This document shows positions 46,120 to 57,053 of a DNA stretch of 60,544 nt, piece after piece. Each line of letters starts with the position of its first letter. The first letter of the stretch is position 1. Made by a program: the position numbers and the translations under genes. The notes below the pieces were generated by a model that searched no databases, was not told where the DNA came from, and saw only the letters and a list, made by a program, of their open reading frames with translations. The stretch lies in contig JBFRWI010000144.1 in the NCBI GenBank assembly GCA_051439505.1, positions 1 through 60,544 on the forward strand, read 5' to 3'. Source of the stretch: Hormoscilla sp. Lineage in GTDB: Bacteria; Cyanobacteriota; Cyanobacteriia; Cyanobacteriales; Desertifilaceae.

Positions 46120-47082
46120 TTAGTTGTTGCGCTTTGGCGCTATTGAATTACGAATATAATCGAGAGTTAAGACGCCAACCGGGCGATCGCCATCTCGCAC
46201 CGTCAGCGAACTAGCACCAGTTCCCAGCATCAGAGATAAAGCCTGACGGAGATTATCCGAGAGGGCGATCGGGGGATTATCCTGAGATATATCACCTGTG
46301 GGCAAATCATCCATAGCATCTTCCACCTGCAACAGACTCAGCTGACGGACCATATCATCCGCCCCCACAAGACTACGAACGAACTCCGATGCCGGCTTAG
46401 TCAAAATATTAAAAGGCGTATCGTACTGCACAATTTTACCTCGATCGAGAATCAGGATTTTATCAGCCAGCAGCAAAGCCTCCTCCACATCGTGGGAAAC
46501 AAACAAAATAGTTTTATGCAGTTGCTGCTGGAGGTAGAGGATTTCATCTTGGAGAGTCTCCCGGGTGATAGCATCGATCGCCCCAAAAGGTTCATCCATC
46601 AACAGCACATCCGGGTCGCCAGCTAAAGCCCTGGCCAACCCCACCCGTTGCTGCTGTCCCCCAGAGAGTTGTCCGGGATAGCGGTGACGATATTCTTCCG
46701 GAGGCAATTCTATCAGCTTCAGCAACTCATCAATCCTGGACTTACATCTATGCTGCGACCACTTTAGCAACTTAGGTACGACAGCGATATTCTGAGCAAC
46801 TGTCATGTGGGGAAACAAACCAGACTGCTGAATCACATAGCCAATTTTCCGTCGCAGCTTGGTAACCTCCATCTGACGGATATCAGTCCCATGCAGATAA
46901 ATGCTCCCAGACGTGGGTTCATATAAACGGTTGACCATCTTCAGCAGCGTTGTTTTCCCGCAGCCCGAAGGTCCTAAAATCACTACCAGGTCTCCTGCTG
47001 CTATCTTACAACTGCAATCATCCACCGCCCGACGGGTGGCGCCGGGGAATGTTAGGGATACGCGATCGAAACGGATAGTCAT
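46120..47082 (-). CDS. Osmoprotectant ABC transporter ATPase with CBS domain
   Basis: GPSGCGKT, LSGGQQQRVG and LLMDEPFGA motifs; C-terminal CBS domain. Confidence 0.93.
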   Translation of the reverse strand: MTIRFDRVSLTFPGATRRAVDDCSCKIAAGDLVVILGPSGCGKTTLLKMVNRLYEPTSGSIYLHGTDIRQMEVTKLRRKIGYVIQQSGLFPHMTVAQNIAVVPKLLKWSQHRCKSRIDELLKLIELPPEEYRHRYPGQLSGGQQQRVGLARALAGDPDVLLMDEPFGAIDAITRETLQDEILYLQQQLHKTILFVSHDVEEALLLADKILILDRGKIVQYDTPFNILTKPASEFVRSLVGADDMVRQLSLLQVEDAMDDLPTGDISQDNPPIALSDNLRQALSLMLGTGASSLTVRDGDRPVGVLTLDYIRNSIAPKRNN

Positions 47083-47099
47083 TGTTAAATTGCTAATAG

Positions 47100-48008
47100 T
47101 TAATTGTTTATGAGTCCTTGTTGAATTAGAAATTCCCTAGCCACATCTGCTGGTTCCTGCTGCTTACCGCTTACTTCATAGTTTAAGCGCTGCATGACTT
47201 CGTCCGTCAACAGAGGGGAGATAGAATTCAGAGCATCGCGAATACCTGGATATTTGTCCAATGTCTCCTGGCGTACCACCGGGGCCACTTGATAGACCGT
47301 GAAAAACTTTTTATCATCTTCTAGCACAGCTAGATTAAAAGCACTAATCTCCCCATCCGTCCCAAAAGCGACTACCACATCTCCTTCACCCTGCATCAGT
47401 CCTTGATATCTTAAACCTGCATCAACAACCTTAATTTTCTTAAATTCCAAATTACCATATACTTGCTTGAGTCCAGGCAAACCATCTTCTCGCACTCTGA
47501 ACAGTTGTGTTCCGATAAGCACCAACTCATTAGCTAAGTCTACCAGGTCTGAGATCTTCTTAATCCCCAATCTTTCCGCATCTTCACGCTTCATGGCCAA
47601 AGCCCAAGTGTTATTCATCGGGGCAGGTTTTAGCCAAACCAAGTTATATTTTTCCTTGTAGCCTTTGGCAACTGTATCGAACAGCTGCTCTCCATCGCTA
47701 CTAGGAGGCAGTTTGAGTACAGTTGTCAATGCTGTCCCCGTATACTCTGGATACAAATCTAGTTCACCCTTTTCTAAACCCGCTTGTATTACTGGTGTCG
47801 TACCTAAGTTCACTTTCCGTTCCACCTTGAATCCCTGCTCTTCTAACATTATCGCATACATTTCCCCCAGAATATACTGTTCTGTGAAGTCTTTTGAAGC
47901 TACTTTGATCTTGTCAGCACTGTCCTTACCACCATTACATGCTACTACGAATAACGCTGTTACGAAAACCAGCAAAGATAGGACAATTAAGCGCCTAACT
48001 TGTTTCAT
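47100..48008 (-). CDS. Glycine betaine/choline-type substrate-binding lipoprotein (OpuCC/OsmX-like), copy 1
   Basis: Lipobox FVVAC; SKDFTEQ, YPEYTGT, MNNT and REDGLPGL motifs; AAGGAGG RBS before ATG 48008. Confidence 0.92.
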   Translation of the reverse strand: MKQVRRLIVLSLLVFVTALFVVACNGGKDSADKIKVASKDFTEQYILGEMYAIMLEEQGFKVERKVNLGTTPVIQAGLEKGELDLYPEYTGTALTTVLKLPPSSDGEQLFDTVAKGYKEKYNLVWLKPAPMNNTWALAMKREDAERLGIKKISDLVDLANELVLIGTQLFRVREDGLPGLKQVYGNLEFKKIKVVDAGLRYQGLMQGEGDVVVAFGTDGEISAFNLAVLEDDKKFFTVYQVAPVVRQETLDKYPGIRDALNSISPLLTDEVMQRLNYEVSGKQQEPADVAREFLIQQGLINN

Positions 48009-48101
48009 ATAACCTCCTTTGTCAGTTATCATTTGCTTCGGACTATAGCCCCCCTTGGTCCTCAATTGTCAGTTCCTCCGGACTATAGTCCCGTCTGCTT
48101 C

Positions 48102-49019
48102 TCAATTGTCAGTTAACATTCCTGCTTGCACGAGAAACTCCTTAGCCACATCAGCCGGTTCTCGCTGCTTACCACTCACCTCATAGTTGAGGCGCTGCAT
48201 GACTTCATCCGTCAACATAGGCGCGATCGCATTGAGGGCCTCGCCAATTTCGGGATATTTTTTTAAGACATCCTGACGCACCACCGGAGCAACTTGATAG
48301 ATCGGGAACAAATTTTTATCATCTTCTAGCACCACTAGATTAAAAGCGCTAATTTCTCCATCCGTCCCAAAAGCCACCACTACATTTCCTTCACCATTCA
48401 TTAGTCCTTGATAACGCAGACCCGGGTCTACGCCCTTAAACTCTTTCAGTTCAAAATCACCATATACTCGCTTGAGCCCGGGCAAAGCATCTTCTCGCGT
48501 CTTGAATGCTGGTGGTCCGAGGAGCACTAATTTATCTGCCTGAGCAACCATATCGGAAATTGTCTTAATGCCCAATTTTTCCGCATCTTGCTTCCTCAGG
48601 GCCAAAGCCGTAGTGTTATTCATCGGAGCAGGTTGCAGCCAAACCAAGTTATATTTTTCCTTGTAGCCTTTAGCCACCGTATCGAACACCTGCTTGGCAT
48701 CGCTACTCGGAGGCAGTTTGAGTACAGCTACCAATCCCGTACCCGTGTACTCTGGATACAAATCTATTTCACCACTCTCCAAACCCGCTTGTAATACTGG
48801 CGTACTACCTAAATTCAGCTTCCGTTCCACCTGAAAACCCCGCTCTTCTAATATTAGAGCATACATGTGACCCAAAATAAACTGTTCTGTGAAATCTTTG
48901 GAACCCACTGTAATCGTCATGTCAGCATTACTCTGACCATTACTATGACAGGCTACCACCATAATAGCCGTGAATAAAGCCAGTAAAGATAAATTAATTA
49001 AGCGACGAACCTTTTTCAT
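48102..49019 (-). CDS. Glycine betaine/choline-type substrate-binding lipoprotein, copy 2
   Basis: Lipobox MVVAC; GSKDFTEQ and YPEYTGT motifs; tandem paralog of copy 1. Confidence 0.92.
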   Translation of the reverse strand: MKKVRRLINLSLLALFTAIMVVACHSNGQSNADMTITVGSKDFTEQFILGHMYALILEERGFQVERKLNLGSTPVLQAGLESGEIDLYPEYTGTGLVAVLKLPPSSDAKQVFDTVAKGYKEKYNLVWLQPAPMNNTTALALRKQDAEKLGIKTISDMVAQADKLVLLGPPAFKTREDALPGLKRVYGDFELKEFKGVDPGLRYQGLMNGEGNVVVAFGTDGEISAFNLVVLEDDKNLFPIYQVAPVVRQDVLKKYPEIGEALNAIAPMLTDEVMQRLNYEVSGKQREPADVAKEFLVQAGMLTDN

Positions 49020-49310
49020 ACAACCTCCTCAGCTGCGCCTTCGTTCTACAGGGCCACTCCTTGAGACCGATCCAGAGATGCGATGTCTCTTGTAGCCAAT
49101 TTGCTAAACAACTTTCTCTATTATATAGCCGATCGTCAACATCTGTGCAAGTCGATCGCACAGATGCCCCGAAAATGACTAATAACTCATTTCCTGGCAG
49201 TTAACATTCCTACTTGCAGCATAAATAATATAGCTACCTATTTGATATTTGATAATTCTCCTTTTTGATATTTGATTAACATGTTTATTTCTGTAAGCTT
49301 GAGCGAAAGC

Positions 49311-50273
49311 TTAATAAGGACCAAGAAATCGTTCTCCATTAAAGTGAATCATGTGAGTCGGTTCCTCTGCGACCCATACTTCGGTTTCCCAAGAGATTTG
49401 ATGGATATATTTTGCCATGTCACTGCGGGTCAGGAAAGCAGTCACGAATACAAGGCCAGCAGTTGAATTTTTAAATACTGCTTCCAGTTCATTTCGGCGC
49501 TTTGCATCTACAGGACCATGACTTGTTACAGCTTCAATTAAAACCAACCAATTACGTTTTAGATAATGAACTGCAACATCCGGCATTTTCCCGTAAGTAT
49601 TAAAGTTAACTCCTAGATTTTCCAGGTACTCTTGATTACCTAGTTGCCACTTCTTATCGGCATCACCTATTAAGATTACTTTTCCGCCCGGAGTGAACAG
49701 CTCACAAAAATCTTCAATAATATGCTTGAGCAGTTGGTTTTGCCCGCCAGGAGACAAAGATATTGTTTCCCCTGAAGCCAGGGTGACGGGAATTCTTTTC
49801 ATTTCCCGATCGCGCGCATACCTTTTTTTCAGTGTCTCTATCGATGACAAATATGTTTTTAACTTTGGCATCCATGCTTCTGTGCCATAAATACGCAGCA
49901 AATTCAGGACACTTTCGTCAACACTATAAACTGTGTTCGGACTATTAGTTGGTCTTGTCGGCTTATCTGGGTTGATCTTAATAATACCAGCATCTAAAAA
50001 CTGGTGTACGGTGTGGCGACGAATTGTTTCGCGAGTGTTAGGTGCATATTCTCTGCCATAATTTTGTTTGATAAATTGCATAATAGGCGTAATTCCCATG
50101 AGCGGATTACTTGCTTGAGACCAAAAACTATCTGACTTGAGAGCGAGGAGAGCAAGTAATGTCAGAGCCGATCTATCGTTTTGCTGTTGCTCCGGCAAAC
50201 CAAGCGCTTTCAGGATATATTTTGCCTCTTCTATTTTCTGTACTGTTTTGTCAGATATCTGCTGCCCAGACAT
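49311..50273 (-). CDS. Type II restriction endonuclease, BsuBI/PstI family
   Basis: YAPNTRETIRR, PTNSP, LSPGGQN, KMPDV, LIEAVTSHGPVD and ISWETEVW motifs. Confidence 0.92.
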   Translation of the reverse strand: MSGQQISDKTVQKIEEAKYILKALGLPEQQQNDRSALTLLALLALKSDSFWSQASNPLMGITPIMQFIKQNYGREYAPNTRETIRRHTVHQFLDAGIIKINPDKPTRPTNSPNTVYSVDESVLNLLRIYGTEAWMPKLKTYLSSIETLKKRYARDREMKRIPVTLASGETISLSPGGQNQLLKHIIEDFCELFTPGGKVILIGDADKKWQLGNQEYLENLGVNFNTYGKMPDVAVHYLKRNWLVLIEAVTSHGPVDAKRRNELEAVFKNSTAGLVFVTAFLTRSDMAKYIHQISWETEVWVAEEPTHMIHFNGERFLGPY

Positions 50274-50279
50274 AAAACT

Positions 50280-51332
50280 CTAATACTCCTTCATGAAGTC
50301 AAAAGATAGCTGTATTGGTTCTTGGGATGCTGTGGGTGTTGGCTTACCCTCTAAATATTGTTTAACAGAATCAGCGATCGCTTTTGCCAGCAAAGGCGGC
50401 ACGGCATTGCCAATTTGATAGCACTGACTGTCAAAATTACCACAAAACTCAAACCAGTCGGGAAAACTTTGCAGGCGTGCTCCCTCCCTGACAGTTAACC
50501 GTCGCCTCCTGCCATCGGGCAAGCGAATGCGGAGCATATCTCCCGTAGCGGCGGCGAGGTTGCGACAGGTGACGGTTCTGGCGGGAGCATGCAAGTGCAA
50601 GTCTCTGGGGGTGACGCATTTGGAAGCACGCTCGTATTTTTGGATATATTTATCCATGCTGGGGGTGAGAAATTTGGCATCAGGGGGTACAGTAAAGGCT
50701 AGATCTCCGAGGGCTTCCCCGGCGGTGTAGGTTGAGTGAAAATGGGTAGGGGGTGGCCATCGCCAACCGCCTTTGTGGGCAATGCAAAACAGTCGCTCTC
50801 GTCGCTGGGGTACACCGTAATGAGCGGCCTTGAGTATTTCCCATTCTACATGATAACCGATATTTTTTAACGCCGCGACAATTTCGGCAAAATATGTTTT
50901 ATTTTTATACAGCATTCCCCGGACATTTTCAAAGATGGCGATCGGGGGTTGATAGCGTTCTACGGCACTGATAAAAATGGGGAAACCGTCGCGGCTGTCT
51001 TTGAGTCCCCGCTGGTGGCCGCTAACGCTAAAAGGTTGGCAAGGGGGTCCGCCGATAATGGCGGCGGCTTCTGTTTCTAAATCCGAGTTTGGTGATAGAG
51101 TGACTTGGTAGCAACTTCCGTGTAAGTTGTGACGGTATGTGGTGCTGGCATCCGGCAGCATTTCATAACCGACAGTTCTCAACCCAGCGGCTTCAAAGCC
51201 AAGTGCCATGCCGCCGCATCCAGCAAATAAATCTATAGTTAAAGGTGCCAATTTGGGCGGTGGGTTGGGGGGCAGTTCGGCGGCTAATAATTCCTGATAA
51301 GTTAGTTTAGTGACTGAGATAGTGATTGGCAT
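50280..51332 (-). CDS. DNA (cytosine-5)-methyltransferase
   Basis: DLFAGCGG, GGPPCQPFS, FENV, PQRRER, RLQSFP and QIGNAVPP motifs. Confidence 0.95.
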   Translation of the reverse strand: MPITISVTKLTYQELLAAELPPNPPPKLAPLTIDLFAGCGGMALGFEAAGLRTVGYEMLPDASTTYRHNLHGSCYQVTLSPNSDLETEAAAIIGGPPCQPFSVSGHQRGLKDSRDGFPIFISAVERYQPPIAIFENVRGMLYKNKTYFAEIVAALKNIGYHVEWEILKAAHYGVPQRRERLFCIAHKGGWRWPPPTHFHSTYTAGEALGDLAFTVPPDAKFLTPSMDKYIQKYERASKCVTPRDLHLHAPARTVTCRNLAAATGDMLRIRLPDGRRRRLTVREGARLQSFPDWFEFCGNFDSQCYQIGNAVPPLLAKAIADSVKQYLEGKPTPTASQEPIQLSFDFMKEY

Positions 51333-51558
51333 CTATACCTGGGACGAATGTTCGTATCTATTATATAGCAACTCGCGCAACATCGCTCGTCAAGCAGAGT
51401 CGATCGCATGAAAACTGCTTAAATTCCCGATCGCAAGAGTCCGACTTGAGACAGAGGGATCGCCTCGGATCCTAGCTTTGGGGACATCTGCGGGCTTACT
51501 ATAGACTCTCCGATCCCAAATTTGGTACAATGTCGAGCAGATCTCAAAAGCAACCACC

Positions 51559-53256
51559 ATGACAAAAATTTTAGTAATTGAAGACGAAGAGCCAGTCAGA
51601 GCCAACATTCTGGATATGTTGGAAGCGGAAGAGATGATCGGCATGGGAGCCCAAGATGGTGACATTGGCATCCAGATGGCGAGATCCTTGCTGCCCGACT
51701 TGATCCTGTGCGACATCATGATGCCCGGACGAGACGGCTACGAAGTGCTCAAGGAGCTGCGATCGCATGGCCCGACAGCGTCAATACCATTTATTTTTCT
51801 GACCGCCAAAGCTAGCAAAGCGGATCTGCGAGCCGGAATGAACCTCGGGGCGGATGATTATCTGACCAAACCCTTCTCTCGGGATGAACTGCTAGGAGCG
51901 ATCGCCGCACGTCTGCAAAAACGAGAGGAGGTGATTTCCCACTATATAGCAGAACTCACCGAAGCACAAAAAGAATTAAATAAGGTAGCCGGATACGACC
52001 CAATTACAAAACTACCCAATCGCTTACAATTACAAGAGCGCTTCGATCGGCTACGATCGGAGGTCCAACGAGTTACCCAAATACCCATACTGGTTTTAAG
52101 TCTAGACCGATTCAGTCGCATTAACGACGCCTTCGGTCATGGCTTTGGTGAATTTGTACTGCTGACCGTAGCAGATCGTCTCAAACAAGAGCCTTTTTCT
52201 CATAACACCATTGCCCACTTCAGCGCCGAGCAATTTGCGCTGATCGTCAGTCCAGAGTACAGCATCACCGCCGTAGCTCAAACCCTCCTAGAAACTTTCA
52301 AACAGCCCTTCATCGAATCTAACAACGAAATTATTATCACCGCTAGCATTGGCATCGCCCTCTATCCAAAGCATGGCAGGGATCTGGACACCCTGATCAA
52401 GCACGCCGACTACGCTTGCAACCAGGTGCAAACTCAGGGAGGAAATCAATATCGCTTTTACCACCAAGATATGATTTCCGCTTCATCCTTTGACAAGCTA
52501 GCTCTAGAAACCAGTCTGCGTCACGCCCTCAATGACCTGAGTCAGATGCAAGTCCACTATCAGCCTCAAGTCAATCTGAAGACCGGACAAATTATCGGGG
52601 CCGAAGCCCTAGTCCGCTGGTATCATCCCGAAAGAGGAGCGATTTCCCCAAGCGAATTTATTCCCCTAGCAGAAGAAACAGGTCTGATTATTCCCCTAGG
52701 GGAATGGGTATTGCGCACCGCCATGCAGGAGGCACAAAAATGGCAGGTCTCCCCACCAATCAGAATCGCCGTGAACCTGTCCGGGCGTCAATTCCAGCAA
52801 CCAGGATTTCAGCAGGTGCTGCTGAATATTTTGCAAGCAACAGGTTTTAACCCCAAATATCTGGAATTGGAGATTACAGAAAGTGTTTTACTCCAAGATA
52901 TCGCGGCAACGATGCAGATTATCAAACAATTGAAAACCCTGGGGATCGAGATATCTCTAGATGACTTCGGTACGGGCTTTTCTTCCTTGAGCTATCTCAA
53001 GCAATTTCCCTTTGATACCTTAAAAATTGACCAATGCTTCATCCGCAATCTCGGAGCTGATGCCCGAGATAGCGCGATCGTAATTGCGATCGTCCAGATG
53101 GCCCATAGTCTCAATCTCAAAGTCATCGCCGAAGGAGTTGAGACTGAATCTGAATTAGCAGTTCTACGCGAGAATCATTGCGATGCCATTCAAGGCTACT
53201 TATTCAGTCCTCCCGTCAGTGCCCAGGAATTTCAAGTCTTACTAAATTCCAGATAG
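51559..53256 (+). CDS. Response regulator-GGDEF(degenerate)-EAL protein, probable c-di-GMP phosphodiesterase
   Basis: Receiver domain (LCDIMMP); the GGDEF site reads FSAEQF; EALVRW and DDFGTGFSSL are intact. Confidence 0.92.
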   Translation: MTKILVIEDEEPVRANILDMLEAEEMIGMGAQDGDIGIQMARSLLPDLILCDIMMPGRDGYEVLKELRSHGPTASIPFIFLTAKASKADLRAGMNLGADDYLTKPFSRDELLGAIAARLQKREEVISHYIAELTEAQKELNKVAGYDPITKLPNRLQLQERFDRLRSEVQRVTQIPILVLSLDRFSRINDAFGHGFGEFVLLTVADRLKQEPFSHNTIAHFSAEQFALIVSPEYSITAVAQTLLETFKQPFIESNNEIIITASIGIALYPKHGRDLDTLIKHADYACNQVQTQGGNQYRFYHQDMISASSFDKLALETSLRHALNDLSQMQVHYQPQVNLKTGQIIGAEALVRWYHPERGAISPSEFIPLAEETGLIIPLGEWVLRTAMQEAQKWQVSPPIRIAVNLSGRQFQQPGFQQVLLNILQATGFNPKYLELEITESVLLQDIAATMQIIKQLKTLGIEISLDDFGTGFSSLSYLKQFPFDTLKIDQCFIRNLGADARDSAIVIAIVQMAHSLNLKVIAEGVETESELAVLRENHCDAIQGYLFSPPVSAQEFQVLLNSR

Positions 53257-53380
53257 TTAATTGCTAATTGTTAATTGTTAATTGCTAATTGCACCATTCT
53301 CAAATTAAAAGTCCCAAGGAAATTGTCGCAGGCAACAATTTCCTTGGGACAAAAGCTAGAGACTTGATTTACCTCTATTG

Positions 53381-53636
53381 CAATACTTCGTAGGATTTGG
53401 ATATAGGTTGTCATTGCGAGGGGGGGATATATCGCGATTAACTTATGCTTTGAGCGAGTTACCCCCTCCCGAAGCAATCCCCCTCGCCCCGTATGAGATC
53501 GTCCGGAGCGCGGTTTAGCACTACCCTCCGATACAGCGCGGTGAGATTGCTTCGGGGGGATCATCGCGGTTGCTCCCTAAAATGTTGGTTTTGGTTTCCC
53601 CCCTCGCAATGACAGATTGTATCCCTTGAAGTATTG
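53381..53636 (+). mobile_element. MITE family A, copy 3
   Basis: CAATACTTC...GAAGTATTG ends and the same internal palindrome; degenerate flanks ACCTCTATT / ACCTTATT. Confidence 0.8.
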
Positions 53637-53653
53637 ACCTTATTAACAAAGAG

Positions 53654-56134
53654 CTAATCAGCCACTTTAGATAGCAGAACTGGTTCCTTCTTCTCGGGAG
53701 CCAGTACCTTCACGGCCCCGCTTTCATCCACATCGACGACAGCGGTATCTCCATCTTGAATGCGACCGGAAAGAATTTCTTCAGCCAAGCTATCTTCCAA
53801 CAAGCGCATAATTGCTCGCCGCAGAGGTCGGGCCCCGTAGGCCGGGTTGTAGCCCTCTTCCACCAGCCGTTCTTTGAACTTCTCGGTCACTTCCAAGGTA
53901 ATGCCCTGTTCTGTGAGGCGTCCGAAGACTTCCTTGAGCATGATTACTGCTATTTCCTTCACTTCTTCCTTGGACAGCTGCCGGAAGACGATAATCTCGT
54001 CCAGACGGTTGAGGAACTCTGGCCGGAAATACTGCTTGAGTTCTTCGTTCACCAGAGCACGAATGCGGTTGTACTGAGCATCGGCTGTATTTTCCTCAAA
54101 TTCAAAGCCTAACCCGCCACCACCTTTCTCAATTACCTTCGACCCGATGTTGGAGGTCATAATCAGCAAGGTATTTTTGAAGTCCACCGTGCGACCCTTA
54201 GCATCCGTCAGCCGGCCATCCTCCAATATTTGCAGCAGCATATTGAACACATCTGGGTGTGCTTTTTCGATTTCATCGAACAGCACCACCGTGTAGGGGC
54301 GACGGCGCACCGCTTCCGTCATCTGACCGCCCTCGTTATAACCCACGTATCCTGGGGGAGAACCGATCAACTTGGATACCGTGTGACGTTCCATGTACTC
54401 CGACATGTCTAGGCGAATCATCGCCTCTTCCGAACCGAAGAAATAGGTCGCTAGGGCCTTAGTGAGTTCCGTCTTACCTACACCGGTAGGGCCAGAGAAG
54501 ATAAAGCTGGCGATCGGGCGATTGGGGTTTTTCAATCCCACCCGGGCGCGACGAATAGCGCGAGAGACCGCCTTGACGGCATCGTCCTGACCGATCAGGC
54601 GCTGGTGGAGAGTATCCTCCATGTGCAGCAGCTTTTCGGATTCCGACTCCGTCAGCTTATTCACCGGTACTCCCGTCCAAGATGCGACAATATGGGCGAT
54701 ATCCTCCTCCGTGACGTTCGGACTCTCTGATTCGGCGTTATTCTCCTGTTCCGCCTTTTTCGCCGACGCGATCGCCTTAATCTCGCTTTTTATTTCCATT
54801 TCCCGATCTCGCAATTCTCCGGCCCTGTCAAAATCCTGCGATCGGACAGCATCGTCCTTTTGCTTGAGCACCTCACGCAGTTCCTTGTCAAGTTCCTTTG
54901 CTGCTGGAGGCAATTGAGAATTTATCAGTCGGACCCGGGAACCTGCTTCATCGATCAAATCTATTGCCTTATCCGGCAAATAGCGGTCTGAGATATAGCG
55001 GTCTGACAGTTTTGCCGCCGCTTCCAGGGCCGCATCTAATATTTTCAGCTTGTGATGTTCCTCGTAGCGTTCCCGCAGACCGTGCAAAATTTCAATCGTT
55101 TCTTCCACAGAAGGTTCGCCCACCATCACCGGTTGGAACCGACGTTCTAGAGCTGCATCTCGTTCAATATGCTTGCGGTACTCGTCCAGGGTAGTAGCGC
55201 CGATACATTGCAGTTCCCCTCGGGCCAAAGCCGGTTTGAGAATATTCGCCGCATCGATCGCCCCTTCGGCGGCCCCGGCACCGATCAGGGTATGGACTTC
55301 ATCGATCACCAGGATGATATTGCCTGCCGAGCGAATTTCCTCCATAATTTTTTTCAGCCGTTCTTCAAACTCGCCCCGATACTTCGTCCCTGCCACTAGC
55401 AAGCCCACATCGAGAGTCACAACCCGCTTTTCTTCCAAGATATCGGGGATATCATCTTGGGCAATGCGTTGGGCCAAACCTTCCGCGATCGCCGTTTTCC
55501 CCACCCCTGGTTCTCCAATCAGCACCGGGTTATTTTTCGTCCGGCGTCCCAGGATTTGGATCACCCGTTCGATTTCCTGCTGGCGACCTACAACCGGGTC
55601 CAGTTTACCCTCACCTGCCATTTGAGTCAGGTTAGAGCCGAACTCATCTAGAGTTGGCGTTTTCGTGCGGCCACCGCTGCCACCCGCCGTCACCTCTGCA
55701 GTTTCCCCCAGCATGCGAATCACTTGAGTCCGCACCTTAGACAGGTCAACTCCTAGGTTTTCCAGCACCCTGGCCGCCACCCCTTCGCCTTCCCGGATCA
55801 GACCCAGAAGCAAATGTTCCGTGCCAATGTAGTTATGACCCAGTTGGCGGGCTTCTTCCAGGGATAATTCCAGCACCCGCTTCGCTCTAGGGGTAAAAGG
55901 AATTTCCACAGCGACAAAACCCGAGCCCCTACCAATGATTTTTTCTACCTCTATCCTGGCGTCCTTCAGGTTAACGCCCATAGATTTTAGTACCTTGGCA
56001 GCGACGCCGGTTCCTTCGCCGATCAGACCCAAGAGGATCTGCTCTGTACCTACAAAATTGTGACCCAGGCGGCGTGCTTCCTCCTGGGCCAGCATGATTA
56101 CCTTAATAGCTTTTTCTGTGAAGCGTTCAAACAT
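53654..56134 (-). CDS. clpC: ATP-dependent Clp protease ATPase subunit ClpC
   Basis: [26 protein letters not shown] start (ATG 56134); two AAA modules GEPGVGKT and [11 protein letters not shown] coiled coil. Confidence 0.98.
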   Translation of the reverse strand: MFERFTEKAIKVIMLAQEEARRLGHNFVGTEQILLGLIGEGTGVAAKVLKSMGVNLKDARIEVEKIIGRGSGFVAVEIPFTPRAKRVLELSLEEARQLGHNYIGTEHLLLGLIREGEGVAARVLENLGVDLSKVRTQVIRMLGETAEVTAGGSGGRTKTPTLDEFGSNLTQMAGEGKLDPVVGRQQEIERVIQILGRRTKNNPVLIGEPGVGKTAIAEGLAQRIAQDDIPDILEEKRVVTLDVGLLVAGTKYRGEFEERLKKIMEEIRSAGNIILVIDEVHTLIGAGAAEGAIDAANILKPALARGELQCIGATTLDEYRKHIERDAALERRFQPVMVGEPSVEETIEILHGLRERYEEHHKLKILDAALEAAAKLSDRYISDRYLPDKAIDLIDEAGSRVRLINSQLPPAAKELDKELREVLKQKDDAVRSQDFDRAGELRDREMEIKSEIKAIASAKKAEQENNAESESPNVTEEDIAHIVASWTGVPVNKLTESESEKLLHMEDTLHQRLIGQDDAVKAVSRAIRRARVGLKNPNRPIASFIFSGPTGVGKTELTKALATYFFGSEEAMIRLDMSEYMERHTVSKLIGSPPGYVGYNEGGQMTEAVRRRPYTVVLFDEIEKAHPDVFNMLLQILEDGRLTDAKGRTVDFKNTLLIMTSNIGSKVIEKGGGGLGFEFEENTADAQYNRIRALVNEELKQYFRPEFLNRLDEIIVFRQLSKEEVKEIAVIMLKEVFGRLTEQGITLEVTEKFKERLVEEGYNPAYGARPLRRAIMRLLEDSLAEEILSGRIQDGDTAVVDVDESGAVKVLAPEKKEPVLLSKVAD

Positions 56135-56410
56135 GGCGTCTTTCCATCGGCTATTTTTTTCTGAGTCTGTCTGGCTAATTTGCTTTCTTTGGGTCCGGGC
56201 AGTCCGTAGGCTGCTTCCCATTACGATGATATTAGCATAGGTTAATTAAAGGATTTTTGTAGGGCAACACAGAAGTTGATGGGGGGATTCCCGCTACAAT
56301 CTACTATAATACGCCGATCTTGCACCGAAGCGATCGCCGGACCACACCGGTGTTGGTGGACGCCCGTTCCTATGGGATTCGCTACTGTGACTTGGATCAC
56401 TTTCCCCAGC

Positions 56411-56512
56411 GTCGCCGCCCGAACCCTAAAGGGTCCGGCTACTCCGAACAAAGCCCACGCTCCGGGCCCCCTCCGCTGCGCAGGGGCTAAATTACAAAAG
56501 TGCAGTGTACCC
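56411..56512 (+). mobile_element. MITE family B partial copy with an empty family-A target site
   Basis: GCCCGAACCCTAAAGGGTCCGGCTAC...GGCTAAATTACAAAAGTGCAGTGTACCC; left TIR not found. Confidence 0.6.
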
Positions 56513-57053
56513 AGTCCCTTCAGCTCTGAGGCCCAACTGTGACCGAGATCACTTTCCCGGGAGATTTTTGGAGCTTTCCTCTCAACGTGCCGAACATTTA
56601 GCGCCATACTTACAGGCTCTTCTGAATAGATCCCGATACCATTAACTGATCTATCCCGATCGCACCCCCGATCCAGCAGCCAGCGGTGAAGCGAACTTCT
56701 CACACTTGCGATCGACTATTGCGATCGCCCTTAATAGTTTTTTTGGCCCAGTCGCCATGGATCCGGTGCGAGGGACTGTTGCGATCGCCGACTTATGCCA
56801 AGCGATCGCTTTTCCTTAAAAAAATTGTTTCAACTGACATCTTGCACCATTGGAGATGGGTCTCTAGACCAGCCAAAAGATTCTCTATTTGTCTCATGGC
56901 CCGCCGGGGGTTCAAACCCAAAGGCTTTTAGCTAAAGTCGGTTGAAAACCGACTGAAAGCCTTATATAGAAAGCGTTTAGTCAACTTTTTTTCCTCGTTC
57001 CCTGGCGACCCCTGGGAACGAATTATCGAGGATCCGCCTCTAGTTGAAAAAGT

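Noticed and set aside
51559..53256. Functional link between the EAL phosphodiesterase and the small-protein array
   Set aside because: The genes are 10 kb apart with unrelated genes between. Such proteins are abundant in cyanobacteria, so proximity is not evidence.
56135..56221. 29-aa N-terminal extension of ClpC
   Set aside because: The conserved ClpC start MFERFTEKA begins at 56134, so the extension is probably an ORF-calling artefact.
56242..56931. ORFs upstream of clpC (153, 88 and 81 aa), or a rimI remnant
   Set aside because: They run through a MITE fragment and HIP1-rich DNA, and I found no recognisable motif in the frames I read.
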